Notes under the pieces: generated by a model
The model's database searches: none
The model's input: the letters and a program-made list of their open reading frames with translations, nothing else
Told to the model about the DNA's origin: nothing
Origin: Armatimonadota bacterium
GTDB taxonomy: Bacteria > Sysuimicrobiota > Sysuimicrobiia > Sysuimicrobiales > Humicultoraceae
Assembly: GCA_052386995.1 (NCBI GenBank)
Contig: JBQTJP010000275.1
Span: 1-32,018 of the forward strand
Direction of reading: 5' to 3'
Length of the DNA: 32,018 nt
Part shown: positions 16,369-24,287 of the stretch, one piece after another
Layout: every line of letters starts with the position of its first letter
Numbering within the stretch: position 1 is the first letter of the stretch
Made by a program: the position numbers and the translations under genes

Positions 16369-17354
16369 GTGGCCGATGCCGCCGGGGTCGTCGGGACATC
16401 TCCGGCGATGGCGCGGACCAGCTCGTCGGGATCGATGCCCTCGGCCTCGGCCTCGAAGTTGAGGATCAACCGGTGGCGCAGCGCCGCCAGCGCCAGCGCC
16501 TGCACATCATCGGTGCTCACGTTCACCCGGCCGTCGACGAGCGCGCGCACCTTGCCCGCGAGCAGGAGGGCCTGGGCGCCCCGGGGACTGCTGCCGTAGC
16601 GAACATAGCGCCGCGCCATGGAGGCCGCGGCCTCGTCGTTCGGATGCGTCGCGCGCACCAGGCGCGCGGCGTACATCTTCACGTGCTCGGCAACAGGCAC
16701 CTCGCGCGCGAACTGCTGCATCGCGTGCACGGTGGACCCGGTCGCCACGAGGCCTGCGGTAGGAAGGATCGGGCCCGTCGTCCGATCCATGATGTCGACG
16801 AGTTGCGCGACGGTCGGGGGTTCGAGCTTCAACTTGAACAGAAAGCGATCGACCTGCGCCTCGGGCAGTGGATACGTGCCTTCCATTTCTATGGGGTTCT
16901 GCGTGGCGAGCACCAGAAAGGGCTCCTCGAGCACGTAGGGGCCGCCGGGAGCCGAGACGGTCCGCTCCTGCATCGCTTCCAGAAGGGCCGACTGCGTTTT
17001 AGGCGTCGCGCGGTTGATCTCGTCGGCGAGCACGATCTGCGAAAAGATCGGCCCGCGCTGGAACTCGAAGAAGCGCCGGCCGTCGGCATCCTGGAGGATC
17101 ACATTCGTACCGAGGATGTCCGCGGGCATCAGGTCGGGCGTGAACTGAATCCGAGAGTACTTCAGGTCCAGGGCGGCCGCGAGCGTCTTGACCAGGAGGG
17201 TCTTCCCCAGGCCGGGTACGCCCTCCAGCAGGACATGGCCGTTGCTGAACAACGCGATCAGCACGTGCTCGATCAGCGTCTCATGGCCCACGATGACGCG
17301 CCGGATCTCGGCGCGCAGCGCCTCAAACGTTTTCCGGAACAGCGCGGCGTCCAT
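16356..17354 (-). CDS. moxR: MoxR-family AAA+ ATPase
   Basis: Walker A GVPGLGKT, RIQFTPDLMPAD, Walker B LADEINRA, ATQNPIEMEGTYPLPEAQVDRF, SPRG. Confidence 0.95.
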   Translation of the reverse strand: MDAALFRKTFEALRAEIRRVIVGHETLIEHVLIALFSNGHVLLEGVPGLGKTLLVKTLAAALDLKYSRIQFTPDLMPADILGTNVILQDADGRRFFEFQRGPIFSQIVLADEINRATPKTQSALLEAMQERTVSAPGGPYVLEEPFLVLATQNPIEMEGTYPLPEAQVDRFLFKLKLEPPTVAQLVDIMDRTTGPILPTAGLVATGSTVHAMQQFAREVPVAEHVKMYAARLVRATHPNDEAAASMARRYVRYGSSPRGAQALLLAGKVRALVDGRVNVSTDDVQALALAALRHRLILNFEAEAEGIDPDELVRAIAGDVPTTPAASATWTT

Positions 17355-17375
17355 GCGTGATCATCCCTCCGTTGG

Positions 17376-18938
17376 CTATCGCTGCACGGCCAGCGATTCG
17401 AAATAGCGCCGGACGATCTCGCGATACTCCGGCGGGATTCGGTGCCGCGCCATGTAGCGATCGGCGTCTGCGCGCGCCGCGGCGAGGGCCTGCTGACGCG
17501 GCAGCGCCCGGCGGGCCGCGGCCGGACGGCCGGGCCCAAGCAGATCCCCCGTGGTCACCCGTCCTTCACTCTGCAGACCGCGAACGCGGCTCTGTTGCCG
17601 GTCGGCCTCCAGGCGCGGCGTTCGGTCCCCGAGCTTCTCGGCGGCCGCGCCCTGACCGGCGGTCGAGCCCTCGTTCGGACCGGGCGGGGGTTCGGCCGCC
17701 TCGTTCCCCTCCCCCTGGGGCAGCGCCCGCGGACCGGGGGCGACGCTACCCGGAGGCGCGACGGCCTGCGGGTTTTGCTCGGCCTCCGCGGCCGACTCGG
17801 AGCGCCCGCGCGCGATGCTCTCCGCGGAGCGCTGCAGGTCGCGCTGCGCCTGCTGCAGCCCTTCCTCATCGGCCAGCATGGCCCGCAGATCGTCCAGATC
17901 GGTCGCGCTCTGCTGGAGCGTCCGGCGCGCGCCGGCGGTATCTCCGGCGGCGAGCTGGCGCCGGGCCGTATCCGCCTGCTCGCGCGCGCGCGTCGGCACG
18001 TTGCCGTCCTCGCCTCCGCCCGCCAACGCATCCAGCTGGCGCATCAGCGCATCGCGCTCCTGCGGCGATCGGCTCTGGGCGAGCCGTTCGGCGATCTCGC
18101 GGATCTGTCGAAGGGTGCGGTCCGCTGCCGAACGCCGCCGGAAGAGATCGGCAGGCAGGTTGGGATCCTTGCGTCGCGGTTCGCCGGCGGCCTGCGTGGC
18201 ACGCTCCTGTGCCGCGCGCCGCGCGGCTTCGATCTCACGACCCAGCCGCTCGAGGCGCGCCAGCGCCTCCGCGCGCTCCAGCCGCTCGCGCTGCAGCCCC
18301 TGACCCAGCGAGCGCACCGACGGCGCCACGCGCCTGGACTGTCGGGCTCGATCCAGGCGGGCCTGCTCTTCCATGGTTTCGCTGGCGCGCTCCAGGCGCC
18401 GCCCTTCCTGTCTGATCGTCTGCGCGACCTGGCGCGCGGGTGTACCGGGAAGCGTAAACCCGATCAGGGCGGCATCGAGAGCGACTGTGGCAACGGCGAG
18501 GAGCGCAGCGGCCCACATCGTGCGCCCCGGTCTGACCCGAAGCCCGCGCCGGAGATCGATCGCCTCGGCCGCGCGTGCAACATCCGCGAGCAGGACGGGC
18601 CCAAGCGGCGTGGGGCGGTGCGAGCCCGTGATGACCTCGACGGCCGTGGCGAAGCGATCCGCGCACGCGAAGCGGAAGTCGAGGACCTGCGCGGCCGCCA
18701 GCGGAGTGGGACGGCGAAGCGCGCGGAGCACCATCCCGGTCAGCACGCCGGCGCCGAGGCCGGCCGCAGCGAGCAGCGTGAAGGGCAGCGCCACTGGCAC
18801 CACGATGCGGGCGAGCGAGAGCGCGGCGGCAACACCGGCGCCGATCAGGGCGGCGACGCCTCCCCACCGCCATGCCAGCGCGGCGCTGAGGCGGCGGCGA
18901 GTCGCTTCGACGAGCTCGAGAATGACTTCATGCTCCAT
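17376..18938 (-). CDS. Membrane protein with long coiled coil, Gly/Pro-rich linker and C-terminal IPPEYREIVRRYF motif
   Basis: About three TM helices, then E/Q/R/A-rich heptads. Position directly upstream of moxR. Confidence 0.8.
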   Translation of the reverse strand: MEHEVILELVEATRRRLSAALAWRWGGVAALIGAGVAAALSLARIVVPVALPFTLLAAAGLGAGVLTGMVLRALRRPTPLAAAQVLDFRFACADRFATAVEVITGSHRPTPLGPVLLADVARAAEAIDLRRGLRVRPGRTMWAAALLAVATVALDAALIGFTLPGTPARQVAQTIRQEGRRLERASETMEEQARLDRARQSRRVAPSVRSLGQGLQRERLERAEALARLERLGREIEAARRAAQERATQAAGEPRRKDPNLPADLFRRRSAADRTLRQIREIAERLAQSRSPQERDALMRQLDALAGGGEDGNVPTRAREQADTARRQLAAGDTAGARRTLQQSATDLDDLRAMLADEEGLQQAQRDLQRSAESIARGRSESAAEAEQNPQAVAPPGSVAPGPRALPQGEGNEAAEPPPGPNEGSTAGQGAAAEKLGDRTPRLEADRQQSRVRGLQSEGRVTTGDLLGPGRPAAARRALPRQQALAAARADADRYMARHRIPPEYREIVRRYFESLAVQR

Positions 18939-18967
18939 CGGACATCACCACACAGCCCGGCGTCGGT

Positions 18968-19690
18968 TCATTCCTCGTCCGCGCCGCGCGCGGCGCGGAC
19001 GTGCGATGCGATGAGCACGGCACCCGCGACGGCGGCGCCCAGATAGACGGCGGTCACGGCGCTCATGGTACCAGACCACCCGTCACGCACGGCGCCTTCG
19101 ATCAACCGCAGCGGGTTGGTGACCGACCACGGTGCCGGCAGCATCGCCGTGCCGGCGAACACCGCGCCCAGCATTACCCAGTGAAGGAAGCTGCGCGTGA
19201 AATCGGACGCGAACCGGCCGCCCATCCATGCGCCCCAGGTGCCCGCGGCTGTGGCGACCGCAACTGTCACGAGGGCGGCCCAGGCGATGGCGCCGAGCGG
19301 CGCGCCGCGCAGCGCCGCGGCCAGCACGGCGAGGGGCACGGCCATTACGATCAGATAGCATGCGTAGAGCGCGCTTGACTGCACCTTGCCGGCGGCGATC
19401 GCGCGGGGTGAGAACGCCGACAGCACGAGATCGGGCAGGCCCTTCTCGCCCTCGAGCGCGAGTTCGGCCGACGCGAAGCCCGAGGTCAGGTACGTCGCAA
19501 CGATGAGCTGCACCGCCAGCAGCGCGAACAGGAGGTTCACGTCGCGCAGCTCGCCGCGGCCGATCTCCGGCGGGAGGGACAGCATGAGCAGCGCTCCGGT
19601 GACGCCGAGGTAGATGGTCTGCGCCCAGATCCCCCGGCGCGTGCCGATCCGGGCTCGAAGATCACCTCGCGCGACGGGATTGATCTGCGT
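18968..19690 (-). CDS. ABC-2-type permease-like membrane protein; start codon unresolved (ACG 19690 proposed, first ATG 19585)
   Basis: Frame is open upstream of ATG 19585 as TQINPVARGDLRARIGTRRGIWAQTIYLG, a typical NPxxxxE/DLRxR...Y permease N-terminus. Also EGEKGLPDLVLS...IAAGK and about 6 TM helices. Confidence 0.7.
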   Translation of the reverse strand, partial: TQINPVARGDLRARIGTRRGIWAQTIYLGVTGALLMLSLPPEIGRGELRDVNLLFALLAVQLIVATYLTSGFASAELALEGEKGLPDLVLSAFSPRAIAAGKVQSSALYACYLIVMAVPLAVLAAALRGAPLGAIAWAALVTVAVATAAGTWGAWMGGRFASDFTRSFLHWVMLGAVFAGTAMLPAPWSVTNPLRLIEGAVRDGWSGTMSAVTAVYLGAAVAGAVLIASHVRAARGADEE

Positions 19691-19699
19691 GGCGGCACC

Positions 19700-21454
19700 T
19701 CACGGAGCGGTGAGAGGCACGAGCACGAGCTGTGGCGCCGGCTCCGGCCGATCCCCCCACCGGAGGGCAAGCGCGGGATCGTGCGCCCACCCGATCAGCC
19801 ACGCCGGAGTCGCCTTGAGTATAGCATCGCTCTCCAGATGCGAGAACGCCCACAGTAGCAGCGCGTGGTTGGGTTCGGTGCGCTGCAGACGATCGCGCGC
19901 CTGCCACCGGTGCTCCTCGAGCGTGACCTGCGTGCTGGAGGCGATGTCGGGGATGGACTGCACGCGGCCGGCGGCGTAGATCCAGGGCTTCCGCAGTATC
20001 CAGCTGGAAAGATTCGTCACGGCGACGGTCGCTCCATCACCGCGCGGCGCGAACGTCCCTGAGATCGACACCGGCACGACCGCCGAGCCCGAGAGACGCA
20101 CGCTGCGTTCGGTGCCGCGCACCAGCGTCTCGGCCCCGCGCACGACGGTCACGGGGGAGGGTGGGATCGGACGCAGCAGTAGCTCGCGGCCTGCACTCAC
20201 GCTGAATCCGCCTTCGTGGGACAACACGGTGCGCGCCAGAACCGTCACGAGTCCGTGTCCTGTCCCCGGCATCGACTCCACGACGGTCGCGCCGATGACA
20301 CCCGACGCGTCGCGCCGCGCCACCGCGGCCACCTGCGCGGCGCCGGCGGTCGCGGCGATCACCCCCACGATCGCGAGCGCGGCCCCGGCCGGTTGCCAGC
20401 GACCGAGGACGGCGCCGAGCCTTCTGGCGACGACAATGTACACGAGGAGGAGACCGCCAACCAGCAGATGCGTGCGGACCGGCACCGGACGCTGCGCGGC
20501 GAGGGTGTTTTCTAGCTCGGCGGCCGGTGGCGACGCGCGGTCGGCCAAGATGGTCTGCCAGGCGTGCTGCAGGCCCGCGCCCGCGCGGAGTGCCTGCTCT
20601 GCGCTGTCACGATCCCAGAGGATCGCGCGGCCGCGACCTGCGCGCCGGCGCACCATCGTCACGCCGTCTTCCAGCCGCACGTCGCTGCCCGGCCTCGGTC
20701 TGATCACGACCGACGGCGTATGTGTATCGGGCCGGGTGGCCGAGACCTGACCGGGTAGGAGCGCGCCGAGTGTGGCGCCCTGCAGATGCCGGATATCGTC
20801 TCCGGCCGGCATCACGAGCACCCTGCCCCCGCTCCACACCCAGTGCCGAATGGCCGTCCGCTGCGGGTCCCCGATCCGACGTTCATCCAGCGTGCGCACA
20901 ACCATCAAGCGGAGGGCTTCGTAGGCCTGCCACACGGGAGGCAGATCCTCGGGCGACACGTAGGCGATCTCCGGACGCTCGCCGGAGGCGTCTGTGACGG
21001 ACTCCAGGCCAACCGGCTCTGAGGAGAGAACCACCACCACCTCATCCACAGCCTTCAGGCGCGGAAGGGCGAGCGATGCCAAGCGCCCGCGGGCATCGTC
21101 GACATGGATTACCCCGGGCGTCCGCGCGTCATAGAAGATGACCGGGACGAACACCCTCACCCGCGCCCCACCGGCGGCGCGTATGGGCGCCTCGTACCGT
21201 ACGAGCGGTGCGCCAATCGTCGCCGCGGCGTCGATGATCACGGTCCCCTCGAGCCCGCCCGGGGGCGCGGTCACCTCGATCCACACCGGCGTCCACGCGC
21301 CCAATCGCGCGCGCCCGGCGAACCCGATTGCGACGTTTCCCAGCAGGTCTGCCGGCGCGGCGCGGACGGGTGACGCCGAAAGAGCCAGCAGGGCGGCGAG
21401 GGCGACCACCCCGACGAGATACGGACCCGGCAGGCGCCGGGCCGAGGTGTCTAT
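19700..21454 (-). CDS. Exported/membrane-anchored hypothetical protein with GATase1-like central region; start unresolved (ATA 21454 or GTG 21409)
   Basis: Signal peptide-like RRLPGPYLVGVVALAALLALSASPVRA, GFAGRARLGAWTPVWIEV, AIRHWVWSGGRVLV, two internal TM helices. The tracked 21799 start overlaps the FmdB gene and is unlikely. Confidence 0.75.
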   Translation of the reverse strand: MDTSARRLPGPYLVGVVALAALLALSASPVRAAPADLLGNVAIGFAGRARLGAWTPVWIEVTAPPGGLEGTVIIDAAATIGAPLVRYEAPIRAAGGARVRVFVPVIFYDARTPGVIHVDDARGRLASLALPRLKAVDEVVVVLSSEPVGLESVTDASGERPEIAYVSPEDLPPVWQAYEALRLMVVRTLDERRIGDPQRTAIRHWVWSGGRVLVMPAGDDIRHLQGATLGALLPGQVSATRPDTHTPSVVIRPRPGSDVRLEDGVTMVRRRAGRGRAILWDRDSAEQALRAGAGLQHAWQTILADRASPPAAELENTLAAQRPVPVRTHLLVGGLLLVYIVVARRLGAVLGRWQPAGAALAIVGVIAATAGAAQVAAVARRDASGVIGATVVESMPGTGHGLVTVLARTVLSHEGGFSVSAGRELLLRPIPPSPVTVVRGAETLVRGTERSVRLSGSAVVPVSISGTFAPRGDGATVAVTNLSSWILRKPWIYAAGRVQSIPDIASSTQVTLEEHRWQARDRLQRTEPNHALLLWAFSHLESDAILKATPAWLIGWAHDPALALRWGDRPEPAPQLVLVPLTAP

Positions 21455-21819
21455 GAGTCGGACGCGCTCGACGCCGACGATGAGCCGCCCTTGGATGAGG
21501 CGGCGTCCTTCGAGGGTGTCGAGGAGTCTTTTGTGGAGGAGGCGGTGTCTTTTGAGGAGGAGGCCGCGTCTTTGGAGGCGGGTGTGGTCTCTTTTGCGGG
21601 GGCGTCCTTCGGCGCGGCGCCGGTCTCGCCGTCGGAGGGCGCCGGCTTCCGGTGGTCGGTGGTGTAGAACCCCTTGCCTTTGAAGATCAATCCCACCGAA
21701 GAAAACACCTTGCGGGTCGGGCTGCCGCACTTCTGGCAGGCAGGAGCGGGATCCCCCACGCCCTGGATGCAATCGAAGACGCGCTGGCACTGGGTGCATC
21801 GGTACTCATACGTCGGCAT
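21451..21819 (-). CDS. FmdB-family zinc-ribbon protein with Ser/Lys/Asp-rich disordered tail
   Basis: MPTYEYRCTQC...CQKCG...IFKGKGFYTTD signature; GGAG SD upstream. Confidence 0.93.
   Translation of the reverse strand: MPTYEYRCTQCQRVFDCIQGVGDPAPACQKCGSPTRKVFSSVGLIFKGKGFYTTDHRKPAPSDGETGAAPKDAPAKETTPASKDAASSSKDTASSTKDSSTPSKDAASSKGGSSSASSASDS
21493..21576 (-). repeat. Four degenerate 21-nt tandem repeats in the FmdB tail
   Basis: SKDAASS / SKDTASS / TKDSSTP / SKDAASS. Confidence 0.8.
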
Positions 21820-21861
21820 GACCGGTTCTCCACGCTCCTATACGTCTGCCGGCCCTTCAAT

Positions 21862-21891
21862 ATTCTCGGGTCGCGGTTGAGCATGTCAACC
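21862..21891 (-). promoter_or_regulatory. Putative sigma70 promoter of the FmdB gene with overlapping palindrome
   Basis: TTGACA (21889-21884), 16 nt, GAGAAT (21867-21862). GGTTGA-N5-TCAACC dyad at 21875-21891. Confidence 0.55.
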
Positions 21892-21940
21892 CCGCGGCGC
21901 TGTGCCACGCCCGGGATCGGCCGCCACGTGAGGGCCGGCC

Positions 21941-22876
21941 TCAGCGAGGCGCGAAGCGCAGGAGCCAGACGGCCCCTGATGAGACGCCCGTGTTTGTGCC
22001 GTAAGCGAGATTCAACTCATCGGGCGACCAGGCGAGGGAAATCCCCGCGCGAGGATCGGCGCGGTCTAGCCGCACGGTCGCGAGAGTCTGCGGCGCGCCC
22101 CCGGACGCGCCCATCGCGTGGATCTGGACCCTGGTCTCGTCGAGCAGGACTGCGTACGCGAGCTTGTCGCCGCTCCTCGACCAGGCAAGGCCCGAGGTGC
22201 GCGCGCCCGCGGGCGACAGCGGGTGCGCGCCGCTGCCGTCGGGTCGCACGGCGAAGGCCCGCTCGCGTCCGTCTTCAGGCGCGAGAAAGGCGATCCATTC
22301 CCCGGAAGGGGACAGCACCGGATCGAGCGCAGGCCGCCCCGGGCCATTGAGCCGGAGAAAGTCCGGGTAGGCGATGCGAATTCTCCACCACTCCACCGTC
22401 GCGTCGCCGTCGGGCCTGGCGAGTCCCACGAAGAGATGCAGGGCATTGGGAAACCAGCCGAGCGCACCGATCCACCGGCTGGGCGGATCCCACAGAATGT
22501 GCCGGATCGCAGCGCCCTGCGGCCCGGTCCACCACAGTTGCGCGCTGTTCTGCCCTGCCTGCTGGACGACCACGGCCAGGCGATCGCCCGCCGGCGCCCA
22601 GACGGGCCGGGTGACGACACCGGCGATAGGGATCGCCCGCCGCCCGCGTCCATGGGGGCGGAGGATCCACAGGGCACCGCGGTCCACGTAGGCGAGGACA
22701 TCGGCGGCGGAGGACCAGGCGACCGCCGTGACCACCTCGCCCTCGGCGATCTTCGTGCCTTTCGTCTCTCCCACACCGTGGACCCAGACGCCGTCGCGCG
22801 CACCGTACGCAAAGCGCCGGCCGTCGGGCGACCAGGCGATCGGGCTCAACGCGGCGCGATCGGTGCCCCGCGCCAC
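21941..22876 (-). CDS. TolB-like/PD40 beta-propeller protein, probably a lipoprotein with an N-terminus extending to about 22996
   Basis: Repeated (I/V)AWSPDG-type blades: AWSPDG, AWSSAA, VWAPAG, GWFPNA, LSPSG, AWSRSG, AWSPDE. In-frame upstream hydrophobic stretch ending Ala-Thr-Gly-Cys. Confidence 0.8.
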   Translation of the reverse strand: MARGTDRAALSPIAWSPDGRRFAYGARDGVWVHGVGETKGTKIAEGEVVTAVAWSSAADVLAYVDRGALWILRPHGRGRRAIPIAGVVTRPVWAPAGDRLAVVVQQAGQNSAQLWWTGPQGAAIRHILWDPPSRWIGALGWFPNALHLFVGLARPDGDATVEWWRIRIAYPDFLRLNGPGRPALDPVLSPSGEWIAFLAPEDGRERAFAVRPDGSGAHPLSPAGARTSGLAWSRSGDKLAYAVLLDETRVQIHAMGASGGAPQTLATVRLDRADPRAGISLAWSPDELNLAYGTNTGVSSGAVWLLRFAPR

Positions 22877-22994
22877 CTCCCGGACCTCGAGGAATCCGAC
22901 ACCGACCGGAGCGGACTGCCGCGAGACCTCGCATCCCGTCGCCGCAAGCGCTGCGACGACGGCGAAAGCTACCGCCGCGGCGGCGGTCCAGAGC

Positions 22995-24197
22995 CTAGCA
23001 GACCGAGAACCGGCCCGCGGCCAGGTCGCCCGTGAGCTGCGTGATTTTGGCGAGTTCTTCGTCGAGGATCTCCCGCACGCGCCGTTCGACGGCGCGGCGC
23101 CGCGCGTGCTTGGCGAGAATGACCTGCGCGGAGGCTACCGTCGGCTGATCGATCGGCGCCCCGATCTGACTCAACAGCCACACGTAGACCTCGTCGACCC
23201 CGGGTACCTCCTGGTGGATCCGCGCGGCCGCTTTGTTCGACAGAATCGTGTAGATCTTGCCGACGTGCGACACCGGGTTCTTGCCGGCCGCGGCCTCGGT
23301 GCCCATGGGCCGGTTGACCGAGATGACGCCGTTCACCTTGTTGCCCCTCCCGACCTGACCGGAGTCGCCGCTCTCCGCCGACGTCCCGGTCACCGTCAGG
23401 TACATCCCGCCGATGCCCCGGCCGCGTACGTCCAGGGTGTTGATGTCGAGCCTGATCTTGGCAAAGGCCCCGTTCGTCTTCAGGTAGTCCAGCACGGCGT
23501 CGTGGATGGCGGTCTTGCGACGGAAGTACGTGTCCTCGCTGTCGATGTACCGATCGACGAGGGCCACGGCCGCGGTGAGATGCAGCTCGTCGCCGCGTCG
23601 CACACCCATGACCTTGATGTCTTCGCCCACCTCCGGAATGTGGACTTTGAACGTCTTGGAGTTCATCTCCCGCTCGACGTCGAGTACCGCCTGCTCGGTC
23701 GGCGAGAGCGGCGCGTAGCCCACCGCGGCGGAGGTGTCGTTGGCCGGCGGCTCACCGCGCGAAAAAATGTCCACCAGCTCCGGAGAGCCGGGCTTGATCT
23801 GCACGTCATAGATGACGTGCGCCTCGGGATCGACGAAGCGCAGGTTCTCGCGGATCCAGGTCTTCGCGGTGGTGACGGCGATTTCGTTAACCGGAATCTG
23901 CTGGCCGTTCGCCATCGCCGTGGCGCGATCCCCAAAGATCAGACGCATCGGGTCTTTCACCACGCCGCCGCCGAGGCGGATCTCAGCGTCCCCCGCGACC
24001 AGGAACGCCTTGTCGATGTTGTGGTGGAGAATCCGGCCGAAACGCTTGAGATATTCCTGGCTCAGCGCGATCGAGACCCGGTCCATGATGGCATCGCAGA
24101 TGGAATCCGGATGCCCCACGCCCTTGCGCTCTACGATCTCAACCTGCTGCTTGGGCACGGGGTTACGGGAAAGAACGTCGACGCTGATATTGCGCAT
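22995..24197 (-). CDS. mat: Archaeal-type S-adenosylmethionine synthetase (methionine adenosyltransferase)
   Basis: VERKGVGHPDSICD, ANDTS, GEDIKVMG, LTVTGTSAESGDSGQVGRGN, EAAAGKNPVSHVGKIY. GAGGAGG SD. Confidence 0.93.
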   Translation of the reverse strand: MRNISVDVLSRNPVPKQQVEIVERKGVGHPDSICDAIMDRVSIALSQEYLKRFGRILHHNIDKAFLVAGDAEIRLGGGVVKDPMRLIFGDRATAMANGQQIPVNEIAVTTAKTWIRENLRFVDPEAHVIYDVQIKPGSPELVDIFSRGEPPANDTSAAVGYAPLSPTEQAVLDVEREMNSKTFKVHIPEVGEDIKVMGVRRGDELHLTAAVALVDRYIDSEDTYFRRKTAIHDAVLDYLKTNGAFAKIRLDINTLDVRGRGIGGMYLTVTGTSAESGDSGQVGRGNKVNGVISVNRPMGTEAAAGKNPVSHVGKIYTILSNKAAARIHQEVPGVDEVYVWLLSQIGAPIDQPTVASAQVILAKHARRRAVERRVREILDEELAKITQLTGDLAAGRFSVC

Positions 24198-24246
24198 TCG
24201 GGACCCTCCTCAGGCAGTGGTGCGGCCCGGGCGGGCCACGAGCCAG

Positions 24247-24255
24247 ACTATAGCA
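24247..24255 (-). promoter_or_regulatory. Extended -10 element upstream of mat
   Basis: TG-C-TATAGT about 50 nt upstream of the ATG, in the 90-nt intergenic gap; no good -35. Confidence 0.5.
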
Positions 24256-24287
24256 GAACGCGCGGGCCCAGAGAAGGCGAACGAGGC

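Noticed and set aside
19700..19702. In-frame TGA as a selenocysteine codon
   Set aside because: The context (TAP*GAAT) is an inter-domain linker rather than a redox motif, and I see no convincing SECIS hairpin downstream.
21455..21799. N-terminal extension of the 699-aa ORF
   Set aside because: Fully overlaps the clear FmdB gene in another frame and reads as non-protein-like.
21875..21891. FNR/CRP box
   Set aside because: The spacing is TTGA-N5-TCAA, one base short of TTGAT-N4-ATCAA.
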